Positions 40,515-52,243 of a DNA stretch of 64,000 bases are shown piece after piece. Made by a program: the position numbers and the translations under genes. How positions within the stretch are numbered: the stretch's first letter is position 1; every line of letters starts with the position of its first letter. The notes beneath the pieces were generated by a model. The model saw nothing but the letters and a program-made list of their open reading frames with translations. It ran no database searches and was not told where the DNA came from. The DNA comes from Callorhinchus milii (lineage: Eukaryota), in assembly GCF_018977255.1 (NCBI RefSeq), contig NW_024704743.1:67892001-67956000 (forward strand), in the 5' to 3' direction.

Positions 40515-40942
40515 ATTGGCTTGGTGCAGTTGGTAGCACTCCTACCTCTGAGTCATAAGGTTGTGGACTCAAACCCCAAGTCAAGACATTTAACTCATAT
40601 CATATCATCTAGGCTGGCACTCCATTGCAATGCTGCGTTGTCCGATGTGCAGTCCTACGCATTGCGCATTAAAACGAAATGCTATCTGTTTGTTCAAGCA
40701 AATGTTAAATGTTAAAGATCCCATGGCACAACTTGAAAAGGTGAGGGGAGTTTCTCCAGATGTCCTGGCCAACAATGTCCCAAATAAAGTTGGTCTTTCA
40801 TTTTATGGCTGTTTGTGGGACATTTTTGTGCATGATTTGCCTACAAAATACACTTCACTTCATAGTATATCCTTGCAAAGTGTTGTAAGACGTCCTCATA
40901 ATGTGAAAGACGCAATATTAACTGTACAGATTATTTTATTAT
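40515..40942 (+). mobile_element. Old DeuSINE-like SINE, full length
   Basis: GGTGCAGTTGGTAGCACTCCTACCTCTGAGTCATAAGG head to GTGAAAGACGC tail. Confidence 0.87.
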
Positions 40943-42214
40943 AAAAACATTTTTCAAAGAACTTATGCATAAATAGGAAACCTACATCAAAATTGGGTGA
41001 CATGTAACAGCCAACTTCACTTTTGTACGCACTCTACATTGTTAGGTTGCACTCCACTAAGTACTTGAGTTTTCATCGCGGACAGTTCCTCCACAAAGAG
41101 TCATGTGAATAAAAATTCTATTTGAGACAACAAGGTTTGTTTTACCCTTTGACTATTTGCAAACATTTCAATAATTCCAAAATCATAACAAGCTGTCAAA
41201 AATATTAAAATTGGACCTAAGATGGTTAGAAGTGAAATCAAGAAACATTTTTTTAGAGGGTTATGAAAATGTGGATTTAATACATTATACATATTCATTA
41301 ATACATTTCACAATTAAAAAATAGACGATGTGATAAGGCACTATGTCAAATGTGAGGACTATTATTATTATTAATGCACTACCCATGAAGGCTGTGGTGG
41401 TAGATATAGTTTTTTTATATAGTGCTTATATATAAGAGTTTCAAAGTTTCTGTGAAGACTTTATATTTGTAGGCAATATCAATTAAAAGGAAGATGTATT
41501 GATATTAGGAAGTAAAGCTATTAAGGGTTTATGGGCTAAAGGTGAAAAAATGAGATTAAAAGATCTGCCATGATTTAGCCAACCGACCAAAAGGGCTTAA
41601 AGACTGAATGGCCTTCTCCTGTTCCTATTCACGTTGATAAACAAGACAGTAATGGCAAGGAAGGTAAATCTAGGAATGAGATGTCTAGCTTTTAATATGC
41701 CGTTTTAAAGATTTCTCTATTGAACAGCATAGGGTTGGTTGGCAATTTATGAGTTATCATCCTCTCTGGGATCAATTAGTAACAGGGCAAGGAAATGCAA
41801 TTCGGAAATCCTCAATCCTCTATCTTCAGAAAAAAAAACTTGTTCTCAATTGACTAGCAATTGAGTGTAGACTAATTTAATAGGGAACATACGCAACATT
41901 CTCCATATTATTCATCTATAACCAGAGACGAAACATACTGCCAATACATTACCTGAAGTATCGCATTTAAAAGGTTTGACAACTTAAGCATTGTTCCTTG
42001 CATTTCCCTCTCCAAGAAGATACATCCATCAGAATTTGTATGTCCAGAGATAGTACATGGTTTCATTTAAAATTCATTCTATTTTTCATATCGCGCTATG
42101 TATCATAAAGTAAATATGCAAACCAAATAATTTAAGACTGTGAAATGCAATAAATTTCAAACTAAATTTCAACACTCAAATTGTTTTCAGAAAATGCAAA
42201 CAGATGAAATTCAT

Positions 42215-42490
42215 TACCCAGGCAGTGATGGGAGCAATGCAATTGGTTTTGGTCAGCTCAGGTTACAGAAGGGATCAGCGTAGGGTTCACGCTCTTAAAT
42301 CGTGATCCAGCAACCCTTGATGGAAAAATACATGTGCGGACTTCAGATAAGAACAGGATCAAACTAAGCTAGGAAGGCTCAAAAGGTCAAATAACCTTCT
42401 GTCACTCACTGCCAGGGCTCACATTTTAGGAATATTACTTAGTGAAATACTCAAGGACTGTTGCCATGGAAGCAGACCCATGGCTCCTCC
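42215..42490 (+). repeat. Old SINE-like repeat family Y
   Basis: Colinear similarity to 54958-55185 and to the reverse complement of 13200-13440. Confidence 0.55.
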
Positions 42491-42600
42491 ATAAAGGCAC
42501 TGCCACTGTGAGTATCCATTAAAACTTTTGTTGAGCAAGCTCCATAGTGGCAAAGCACACTGAAATGTCACTGTTGTGTGCTGTCATATTTAAGGTGACT

Positions 42601-43790
42601 TTTTTTTTGGTCAGCCGGGTGTCTGACACAAGCAGAAACCCATCACCATGCTTAAGAATATCCAAACCAAAGAGTTCCATTCATCCCAGCTAAACATGGA
42701 AATTCATGAGATATTTATTGGAAAGGGAATGAGCACTCTCCCCCTGCTTACTTAATTCCGGAGAATTTGAAAGGCAGGTTGGTAAGAGTCAAGGTTTGGA
42801 GACCCCAGAGTGTGCATTGGGGTACAGCTGGAGATGGCTAAAATAATAATAATAATCTCTGCATTTGATATAGCTCCTTATCACATCTTCAAGACGTCTT
42901 AAAGCGCTTCACAGAATACATTGTAAGATGAATTGACTGTCTCTTTCGTGGGCGAAACGAGGCAGCCAATTGCACACAGCAGTATTCCACAAACAGTCAT
43001 GGTTTGAGTGACCAAATTATTATATTTTTTTGATATAAGGGATTATTACCCCCGGAAAAGTGATCCTCCAATCGACTAACAAGGTTCCTACTTCCTGTTA
43101 AGTAAACAGATGGGTGTGGAGTAAGGAAACTTGCCCAATGTTTCGTCCTGCCCGGGAATCGAACCCAGATCCTCACGCTTGAGAAGCAAATGATCTAAGC
43201 ACTGCAGGACTCCATATTAACTGCATAACTGGCCATTCATACCTCTGACTGGCAAGCTTTCCTGCTGGTTGTCCAGTGAGGACCACGCTACCTGTTAGGC
43301 TATTGCTTGCAGGGTTAACAGAAGTTGAGTGGGAAAAGTACCTGCCCCCAGTGACTGGTTTGCCATTCCGAGTCCCACCGATGAGCCACAGCCTGGCTAT
43401 GCTGTCATCAGCAGTCCCTGGAATGCTGCGGACTCTTCTTGGTTCAGGAACTGGACTACCGAGACCACCACAGAGGGCTGGCTCAATTCTGACATTCCAT
43501 TGCCAATCATATTACCTTGGAGCCAATTCAGCTCCAAGGAGACCTTGCAGCAGGAAAGCTTACCAGGGAGTACTCTTGCCAACATGTGCCTAATACTTTC
43601 CGGATTCAGGTAAGCAGGATGTGTCGCTTTAGGGAGAGTGCGTATTCTATTCCAATAAACATCTCTGGAATTGTGAAGTCTCGGTGGGATGTATGGAATT
43701 CTCAGTTTGGTTTGGATACGCTTAAGCATGGTGATGGCCTTGCGAACGTGTCCATAAATAAATTGGCAAACAGGTCTTTAAAAAAACACC
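42601..43790. repeat. Repeat family X: minus copy (42601-43545, SINE-interrupted) joined to an inverted copy (about 43547-43790)
   Basis: CCATCACCATGCTTAAGAATATCCAAACCAAA at 42640 versus TTTGGTTTGGATACGCTTAAGCATGGTGATGG at 43706-43737. Confidence 0.8.
42840..43213 (-). mobile_element. tRNA-headed SINE, long-centre subfamily
   Basis: Head GGAGTCCTGCAG...GGGTTCGATTCCCGGGCAGG; centre similar to 27640-27720. Confidence 0.9.
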
Positions 43791-44143
43791 CCTTTAACTG
43801 TGTGTTTGGTTATCACCCTCTGTCTCTCACCTTGCTCAGGTTCCTACTCAATTTCAGTGCCACTCTTAGAGACATTTAGCTGAAAGTTGTTATGTACGTG
43901 TACCCCACACACGAGTGCAGTTCTCTGTAAAGAAATGTTTCCTGTGATTCTGAAAGGGTCCCCATTCCACCCCTTCCCATCACCATGTTGATATATGCAA
44001 ATGTTACTGTGAATAAATTGGGTGTGTCATTGGGTACAAATTCACACTCACTTTTACTACATTCTCACTACATTTTACAGGAAAGTCTTGTCAAAGTATT
44101 TGAGACACGACGTGATAAGGCACAATATCAAATGCAAGCATTA

Positions 44144-44813
44144 TTATTATTGCCATTATAGAACAGGAAAGTCCTCAGAATGGATCCTTGAGGCGATCCA
44201 TTCAATTTCTGATTTGACAGTTGTCTCCAATGTACTGAAGGAGAAGTTACAACTTTGTCCACTTCTCATACAATGTCCTGCTATTTCTTCTGGAGGAAAG
44301 CAAAGACGTGCAGCTTATCTACCAAAGAAAGTAAGAGACGCTCCTCGAGAAGGAAATGAGACCTCCTTCAAATGAGCAGAGGGATATCAGGGAAAGAAAG
44401 CTATGCACAGGGGGAATTGATTTAATTTTTTGCATTACCACTTATACTCCTGGGTTTACCAAGGCAACTCAAGGTAATGCTTCATACTGATTTTCCTTCA
44501 GAAAAATACACTATTTTGCTTTTGAAACTGTGCCAGATTTTGTTTTTGAAGTCATGTTCACAAGGAACTCTCTTCAACAACAACACCAAATTGCATTTAT
44601 ATAGAAATACTCTATTTACTGGGGAGAGAGGGGGGAGTTGGTGCCTCAAATACTTCAGTAGTCTCCTTGCATTCTTTGTGTATTAATGATTATTGTTAGT
44701 TTCCTTGAATATCAACAATCAACAGTACTTGGTCAATATGTTTGACAGAAATTGAATGGATCGCCTCAAGGATCCATTCTGAGGACTTTCCTGTTCTATA
44801 ATGGCAATAATAA
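44144..44813. repeat. Perfect 68-bp inverted repeat flanking a 534-bp spacer
   Basis: 44144-44211 is the exact reverse complement of 44746-44813 (checked base by base). Confidence 0.97.
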
Positions 44814-45307
44814 AATTTATATACATTTATGTCACGTCCCACGACTATTAGTGCTAATGGGATCATAAGTTGTTAAAAGGCAGGTTTAGTTCAGATAAAA
44901 AAAAGCTCTTCAGCCCTTCTATTCTCATCAATCCATCAACCCAAAATTAATGCAATTTTCTGCCCTCAACCACCCATTTTGTTAACCTATTTCAGGTGTT
45001 GAATAAGCTTTTTATACAGAAATGTTTCCTCTGATTCCACAGTTTCTCTCCACCTCTGTAGCCCCTGAGCTTGCTGATACTCACAAATTTAGCTACTTTG
45101 TACTTGGTCTGCATATATTAATAATAATAATCCTTGAGTTTGATTTAGCATCTTTCATATCTGGAGGACATCTCAATCTTAAAGTGATTCACAGCATTTA
45201 CTGTAAACTACAGCATATCTTGTAAGTGAAGGCAGTAGCCAATTTCCACACAGCAATGTCCCCAAAACAGCCATGAAGTGAATGACAAGTGACTATGTGT
45301 ATGTGAG

Positions 45308-45350
45308 CACACACACACACACACACAGATAGACACACATCACACACTCA
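45308..45350 (+). repeat. (CA)n microsatellite, interrupted
   Basis: CACACACACACACACACACAGATAGACACACACATCACACAC. Confidence 0.9.
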
Positions 45351-45354
45351 CATA

Positions 45355-45600
45355 ATAGAAGAGGCTGCAGTACGGACCCATGAGGCAATCAATTCAATTT
45401 CTTCCCCTTTTAACAAAATATTCCTGAATGCTATTTTTCTTTTGATATTCTTTTGTCAGTTACTCATCCACATCTTACTCCTGTCGACCTTTATCAAAAG
45501 GACTTTGAGAAGTCTACATAGATTGATATTGCCAATTTAGGGCATCACCACCACAAAGAATATTGAGGTCAGTCAGGTAGGATCCATCCAATTTGTTGAC
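45355..45600 (-). mobile_element. Highly degraded CR1 RT remnant
   Basis: Minus-strand IYVDFSKSF and PHGSVLQP resemble YLDFSKAFD and PQGSVLGP. Confidence 0.65.
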
Positions 45601-45660
45601 TGTCATTTATTAAGTAACTTCACCACAGGTAAGATATTCCATTTTGCTTCTTACTTTGAT

Positions 45661-46102
45661 TTCAAGATCCTCATCCTCACCTACAAGGCCATTCACGGCC
45701 TTGCTCCCTCCTACCTCTCCGACCTACTATCCCCCTACCTACCTGCCCGTACCCTCCGTTCCTCTGGCTCCGGTCTGCTCCACGTCCCCCGCCCCAACCG
45801 CCCTACTATCGGTGGTCGGGCCTTCAGCCTCTCAGCCCCGAGGCTCTGGAACTCCATCCCCCAGTGCCTTCGCCGCCTCCTCCCTTTCCTCCTTCAAGGC
45901 CGGTCTCAAGACCTTTCTCTTTGACCGTGCCTTCAGCTCCCCTCTCGACTCTCTTCCCCCTCCTCGCTCCCTCCCTTCCCTCCCCTCACCCTGACCATTT
46001 CCCCCCTGCTCGGGTCATGACCCAACTGTGCAGCACCTTGGGACGTCCTCCTGACGTGAAAGGCGCTTTATAAATGGAATCTTGTTGTTGTTGTTGTTGT
46101 TG
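45661..46102 (+). mobile_element. Young L2 LINE 3' fragment
   Basis: CpG-retaining, nearly identical to 62221-62763, clean (TTG)n tail. Confidence 0.95.
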
Positions 46103-47075
46103 TACTTCTGTCTTGTTCCATGTGTTTTCACACTGAAGTCTGCTCAACCCTGACGTGAAAAGCAATGGCCCAACCAAAGTTTGTAACTCTGCTTAAAATT
46201 CAGAGCTGGTTTGTTGTTTTTAAACAATGAATTTGCACAGTATTTGGCAGAAGGTTTGGTGTAAGCACATCGAGGACTTATATGTGGTCTTTTTAAACTG
46301 GATTAATTAATGAGACAAGAAGAATATCATGCCAACCTTTCGGAACTTCGCTCTGACCTGATCCATTTTTCGACCAGAGTTTCTGAAACTTGCCATGAAG
46401 TGTGTACCGCACTTCTTGCTACCAGAAGGAGGCCCCACTCAACAACAACAACAAGATTCCATTTATAGAGCGCCTTTCACGTCAGGAGGACGTCCCAGTT
46501 TATTAAGGAAACCAGTTTGAAATCATTGCATGTAAGACCTCAGTATTTGCAATCCTGTCACTACCCAAACCACATTATGTTGCAACAACAACAACTTGCT
46601 TTTATATAGCAACCTTCACACGGGATGGCATCTCGGAGCACTGTATCATAAAATAACAAATTTTAAAGTTTATAATTAGTTTTCTTTTCAGGGCTTTTAA
46701 TTTAAATGTGAAGAGGGTGCAAAAACCTTGGGACATGTTCAGGGATGCACAGAATCAAGTTGTCGGCTCAAAATGAGTGGATATGTTACATAAAGGTCTC
46801 CATAGCTTATCTATGTTGAAAGAATGAATAAGGAATTCTCTAAATTAATGATGAGAAAGTTGTAGACGAGATGCACTCCTGGAATTTGCAATAGAAACTG
46901 CACTTACTGCAGAAAGCATGTTAATTAAAAAAAAGTCTACTGATTAGTTTGTTATAAGCAACAACACTGTTAAACTTCTGTTGGATTGTCATTGTCAAAA
47001 GCTACCAACATCACCCTCTACTGGTGGCTTCTGAATGTTAAAGGAATCCATTTGTCATATTAACTGCAGACTTAC

Positions 47076-47196
47076 TTCAATGAACTTTTTGTCTGAAACT
47101 GAAAATGTGGCTATTTTATTACTGTTCAATTTTCTGCCCAGGATTTTCACACCACTGGAATTGTATTTTTGAACAAAGCCATGGACACGGGATCCA
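47076..47196 (-). CDS. Candidate exon (GSRVHGFVQKYNSSGVKILGRKLNSNKIATFSVSDKKFIE)
   Basis: Consensus donor GAA|gtaagt; acceptor either atttattaag (exon from 47196) or aattttccag (exon from 47231); frame open. Confidence 0.3.
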
Positions 47197-47474
47197 CTTA
47201 ATAAATGCAAAATAATGATCTCCACAGTATTCTGGAAAATTCTCTGCATAATTTACTGTGGTACATTAAAAAGCTATTTTATATGGCAGCACAATGCAGT
47301 GCTGCTTCAAACTGCAGCAGTAACAGACAGCCAAAGCAATGTTTTTTATGTCCAATCTATCACACTGCGGAATTGCTGACCTCAGTCGCGTTGCTTTGGG
47401 GAAGTCACCATCCAGTAAAAAAAAATCAGAGACTGTAAACAACTCTTTGAAAAGATACAAGTAGGGTCAAAACT

Positions 47475-47985
47475 TTATTTTGGTCAGCCAAATGTCTGAT
47501 ATCCATGTGGAAACCCATCACTGTGCTTTACAGCAGGGATGGCCAATTTGCCACCTGAAGGCTGCATGCGGGCCACATTACGCACGTATAGAATAGTCAC
47601 GAGGGCTGCCCAAGGCCCACATGTTGGCTATCCCTGCTTTGGAATATCCATGTCAAACTGACGTTCCATGCAGGCACCCTACACATTGAAGTATCCATGT
47701 TTGGAATGGAATGCACACTCTCTTCCCAGACAGTTTACCTAGTTCCAAAGAGTATTAGGCACATGTTGGCAAGTGCCAAGGATTGGGGACCTCAGAGTGT
47801 GCATTGAGATACTGCTGGAGTCTAACCAGTTAAAATCCCATAGCTTGCCATTGATATTACCATCTGGAAGGTTCCCACTCCAGCTAAGACCACTCTACCT
47901 GAGTTTTCGCAGGCAGGGTTAACAGGGGCTGAGTGGGAAGAGTTCCTGTCCACTCCCCCACCCATATGCTGGCTGGTCTGTCATC
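47475..47985 (-). repeat. Repeat family X containing a hAT MITE
   Basis: TTTTGGTCAGCCAAATGTCTGA...GGAAACCCATCACTGTGCTT, colinear with 42605 onward. Confidence 0.8.
47534..47636. mobile_element. Non-autonomous hAT (Charlie/MER58-like) MITE
   Basis: TIRs CAGGGATGGCCAA / TTGGCTATCCCTG, internal GCGGGCCACA, degenerate 8-bp flanks CTTTACAG / CTTTGGAA; absent from the other X copies. Confidence 0.75.
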
Positions 47986-48282
47986 AACAACAACAAAATT
48001 ACATTTGTGTAGCACCTTTATGTTGGTAGGACGTTCCAAGAAGCTGGACAATCAGTGTTTTGGACCCAAGCTGGGGGTCAGGATCGGGGAGGGTAGAGGG
48101 CAGGGGGGAAAGAGGGTGACCGAAGAGGAGGGTGTTGAGATGGGATTTGAAGGAGGCAAGGGAGGGAGCAAGGCAGAGGGACTGGGGGATGGACGTTCCA
48201 AAGGGTGGGGCAGAGTGGCTGAAGGCCCGCCCACCAATGGTGGGACGGGCGAGTTGGGGGATGTGTAGCAGGCCAGAACAGC
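47986..48282 (-). mobile_element. L2 LINE 3' fragment
   Basis: GLLHIPQLARPTIGGRAFSHSAP...LASFKSHLNTLLF. Confidence 0.92.
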
Positions 48283-48832
48283 CAATACTATCACAGAGAG
48301 TTGGCTTCATTCTGATATTCCATTCCCAAATATATCACTTTGGGCCCAGTTCATCTCCAAGAAGTGCGTGCTTACCCCCCTCCCCCCCCACCCCGATATT
48401 GAGAATTATCGGATATGTTTACTCATATTGACAAAAATGAAAGAGATCAATAAAAAGATCCACTGTCTCGAAGATAAGATCTGTTGTAATAGCATAAGTT
48501 TTATGTGGATGATTTACGTAGGTATGTTGATAGCATCTATCCTCGAAATGAACTTGCGGATGAGATAGATGCCCTCTGTTTCCCATTACTTGGGTACTGC
48601 AGTGATTCAATGCAGACATGCCTCAAGCAGATTGTTAACAGTATCACATTTTATTCACAGGCTGTGAGAAAACAAATTCGGAAATTTATTCCTAGGATAA
48701 TTAAGCATCGCAGCACAATTTCCATAAGCAACACATTTTAGGGTTTTGAAATAAGACATAAAAGTGTGTCTGTATCAGCATAATGCAAGTCCACTGTCAC
48801 TCGCCTTCAGTTTAGGTTGAAAAGCAACATAC

Positions 48833-48926
48833 TTATCAGCAACGCGATACTTGAAGCTCCCTTGCTGAGTTATTGAGTGTATTGTGTGAATCCAAGTCAT
48901 TGGCTCAATTTTTGAATTTGCACACA
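48833..48926 (-). CDS. Candidate exon (CANSKIEPMTWIHTIHSITQQGSFKYRVAD)
   Basis: Donor AA|gtatgt, acceptor tgtttccttgctgcaaag; ends in phase 2, in frame with 47076-47196. Confidence 0.25.
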
Positions 48927-50290
48927 CTTTGCAGCAAGGAAACAAGCAGCACCAACACATTGAGTCTGTCATCATTTATTAATACAACTCTTTGAGGTTG
49001 ATACAAATGAATAATCTGCTTAAAATGTCACATTTTATTGGGAGAAGTCATTTCTCAAAAGAGTCTAAATACCTATAATGACAACATAAATTTACATTTA
49101 TACAGTGCCTTGCACACCGAGAGATGTCTTAAAGAGCTTTACATACCTGACTGGGAGCCTGAGCTTGGCATATGAGGGTGGGTGGGGGGGAGAGAGGAGG
49201 GAACTGAGGAAGGGGGAAAAGGGAAAGAAGAAAGGGGACTGAAAGCTTAGTTAAAAAGACAGGTCTTAAGGTTGGTTTTGACAGCAAAGAGGGAGGAAGC
49301 AAGGGAAATAGACTCTGGTATGGAGTTCCAGAGAGCAGAGGCAGGGGATATGAAGCAGGCCATTGTTTACTGAATGGAGTAAGTGGCCTGGGAAATACCT
49401 TTGAGACGACTCAGAGACGTGATGAGGCGCTATATCAAAATGCTAGGATTATTATTATTATATGTTAATAGAATAAATCTAAACCCAGGTGAAATTCCTT
49501 CCTACTCTTTTGATAAGTCATAGGACAAAGTTAAAAGCATATAATCTAGTCATCACTGGAAATATGCACCTCTTGCGCTATTAAGGTTTTAAATTTGTAA
49601 CAGGTTCTAAAGCTTGATAAACCTGTTTTTTTACATTCCCCATGGGGGGAGCAGAGCCAGAAAAGCCTTATGACATTTTTTTTTCATGAAAATGTCAGGG
49701 CAGCACCTATTTCAATGTGATTTGGGTCATCATATTGCATGTACCATTTTCACCTGTTTATACACACTCGTTCATGAAGACAGTTGCCCTTTCAAACATA
49801 AGTTTTTTGCTCTTGTAATGAGGTGCTTGGAGGTGAACCAGAATCTAAGGCATTCATCGTGGCATGTCACAGGAAGGACACCCAGCCATTCCTTCCCAAG
49901 ATGTACTGCTGTGTTGCTTTTGTAATCATGCCCTCAGAGGAGCAATGGGAATGTGCAAGTTGATTTCATTGCTCTTCCTTGTGGCTAAGACCACCACTAC
50001 CTCCAGTCTTTGCAGTTTCTTCTTGAGTCAACAGAAGGGAGGTATAGAGATGGTCAGAAACTTGGGGCAACAGAAAGGCGGCTACTTTAGTATCACCTAC
50101 CTTACAAAACCAAACTTGACCTACAACAAAAACAACAACTTGCACTTATATAGCCCCCTCCCCGCAGGATAGCGTCTCAGAGTGCTTAATACCTATAAGT
50201 CTATTGAACTGAAACTCAAGATTGATAACGTAAAAAATAAAGGCACCAATCCACATATTCTTAACTGAATGACACTGTATTGAAACCGGA

Positions 50291-50820
50291 GTGCAATTGC
50301 AGAAGGGAGACCCTAGTGAGACCGAGAACTACTGAGAAATCTCACTGATTTCAGTGGTTCTTAAAGGGGGTAGTCACTGCACGTGTATCACATGCATTGA
50401 AGTTCGGTTTAATCGAAAAGGAACAGACTGAATTCCATTCTCGTGAGGAGTGTTTGGGGCAGGTTGTGGCTTTGTATAAGATTAAAGAATGTCGTGAGGC
50501 CCAGGGAAAACCCACTTAAATTGCATCATCGATTTTCATAAGGCTTCCAACCTAATGCCTCACAAAACCCTCATGATGAAACTGGAAACTATGGGAAATA
50601 CAGGACCAAATTTGGGATTTTATTCAGAATGTGTATTCCAACTCCAAGATCTGTGTAAGGGTTGACATCCAACCCATTGAGACTATTCCTCTTAAGGGGC
50701 AGTGCATTGGATGGCATCGAGCCAGACAGATACACAGGTTTTCTCAGCATCTCTGACAGAATTGCAGTGCTTTAGTTTGCAGATGACATTGTGCTGTTAA
50801 CAGAGTCACCTGGGGATCTG
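50291..50820 (+). mobile_element. Fossil non-LTR reverse transcriptase, clade unassigned
   Basis: Across frameshifts: KGDPSETENY*EISLISVVLK / EKEQTEFHSREECLGQVVALYKI / CIIDFHKASNLMPHKTLMMKLETMG / FADDIVLLTESPGDL. Confidence 0.85.
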
Positions 50821-50844
50821 GTGTGCTGTGCTCACCATCACGGT

Positions 50845-51050
50845 GTCAGCCTGGTTCAGTTGGTAGCACTCTTGCTACTAAGTTAGAAGGTTTACGGGCT
50901 CAAGCTTCACATCAGGACTTGGAAATTATTGTCTGGAATGAAACTAGTGCAGCATTGAGCGAGCACTACAATGTCAAAGATGCCATCCTTTCAGATCAGA
51001 TGTTAAACTGAGGTCCCATCTGCCTGTTCATATAAACATTAAAGATCCTA
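50845..51050 (+). mobile_element. DeuSINE-like SINE 5' half
   Basis: GTCAGCCTGGTTCAGTTGGTAGCACTCTTG head and CAGATGTTAAACTGAGGTCC centre. Confidence 0.85.
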
Positions 51051-51494
51051 TGTAAATGTCCTTCCACCACAATGAAGGCAAATATTCGTCAAAAAGCTGG
51101 TGAGGAAACTCTGAGCCTTGGGATGACAGTTGCTGGACTAGGCATCATGAACACATGCTCATGACTTCATGGGATGACAAAAGAGTCACTGAACTGTTCA
51201 AGTGCTGAGCTCTAGGATGGTACAATATAGGGAATAAGATCACCAATGGATCAAGCATGCTGGCAATGACACAAATAATAATGGATGCAGTTAAGAGCTT
51301 TGCAGGTGGGAGATAATGAAAGAGCTAATGGCAGCTTTATGACTTTAACAAATATAGATGTTTAGGGGCAAGAGGGTAGCAGTTTGAAGACAGATCACAA
51401 GTCTTAGGGGCAGTGTGACGGGGAGAGGACTCCTGAATCTCATTTGAAGAAAATAAAGCAGGTCTAATTGTGAAGCCAACACTCTATTTGACTG

Positions 51495-51857
51495 CCCAAT
51501 TTCAAATCCCTCCATGGTCTCCCCCCACCCTACCTCTGCAGCCTCCACAAACCATACCAACCCTCTCTGCTCAGCTGGCATCAGCTGCTTCTCATGTGCC
51601 CCAACATACTGTCCTACCATCCGCGGGCCGGCTTTTCGTCTATCTGCCCTCACTCTCTGGAACTCCATCCCGGCGTCTCTCCAACTTTCTCCCTTCCTCA
51701 CCTCTTTCAAGGTACGACTCAAGACCTTGCTCCTTCAGCACGTCTTCAGGCATCTTTCCCCTCCTCACCCCCTTGGTTCCCAACCCCAGCCTGAGTGCCC
51801 ATTTGGCATTATGCAGCACATCGAGACATCCTCCTGACATGAACGGTGCTGTATAAG
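51495..51857 (+). mobile_element. L2 LINE 3' fragment
   Basis: AFRLSALTLWNSIP...SFKVRLKTLL. Confidence 0.9.
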
Positions 51858-52060
51858 TATATATTGTATCATATTTAAGAAAGCTGGTGTGTATATGGGG
51901 ATGAGTGTGTGGGTGGGGGGGGGGGGGGGGCGGGGAGAAGAAATGACACCATACATGTGATTGAATGAAAAACTATTGTTGGGTGTGTATTTTGCTTTAC
52001 TCGTTTGAGAATGGTTTGTGGTGATCTGTGCCAAAAAAATCCCTCTTATTTTTCTTCCAG

Positions 52061-52243
52061 AAATGACATCATTGGTTTGTTCATGGCCACCAGTACCATT
52101 GTCTATCAGACGCAGAATGAAAGTGAACATTTTCCACATGAAAATGTGGATGGAGCTCATTGAAGCCGACAAAACAACAAAAGCCTGGGGCAAGTTCAGG
52201 GACACATCTCTTGAGGACAATAGAAGAGATATCAATCAAGACT
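52061..52243 (+). other. Exon-like segment on the plus strand (coding status unknown)
   Basis: Acceptor ctcttatttttcttccag, donor CT|gtaagt, 183 nt, one open frame (MTSLVCSWPPVPLSIRRRMKVNIFHMKMWMELIEADKTTKAWGKFRDTSLEDNRRDINQD). Confidence 0.3.

Noticed and set aside
41953..42066. Minus-strand ATG-initiated frame MKPCTISGHTNSDGCIFLEREMQGTMLKLSNLLNAILQ ending at CAG|gtaatg
   Set aside because: In-frame stop immediately upstream, no usable acceptor and no promoter or CpG-island context.
48505..48741. Protein-like plus-strand ORF MDDLRRYVDSIYPRNELADEIDALCFPLLG with a small hairpin
   Set aside because: No convincing splice signals or recognisable family; an 11-bp stem is expected by chance.
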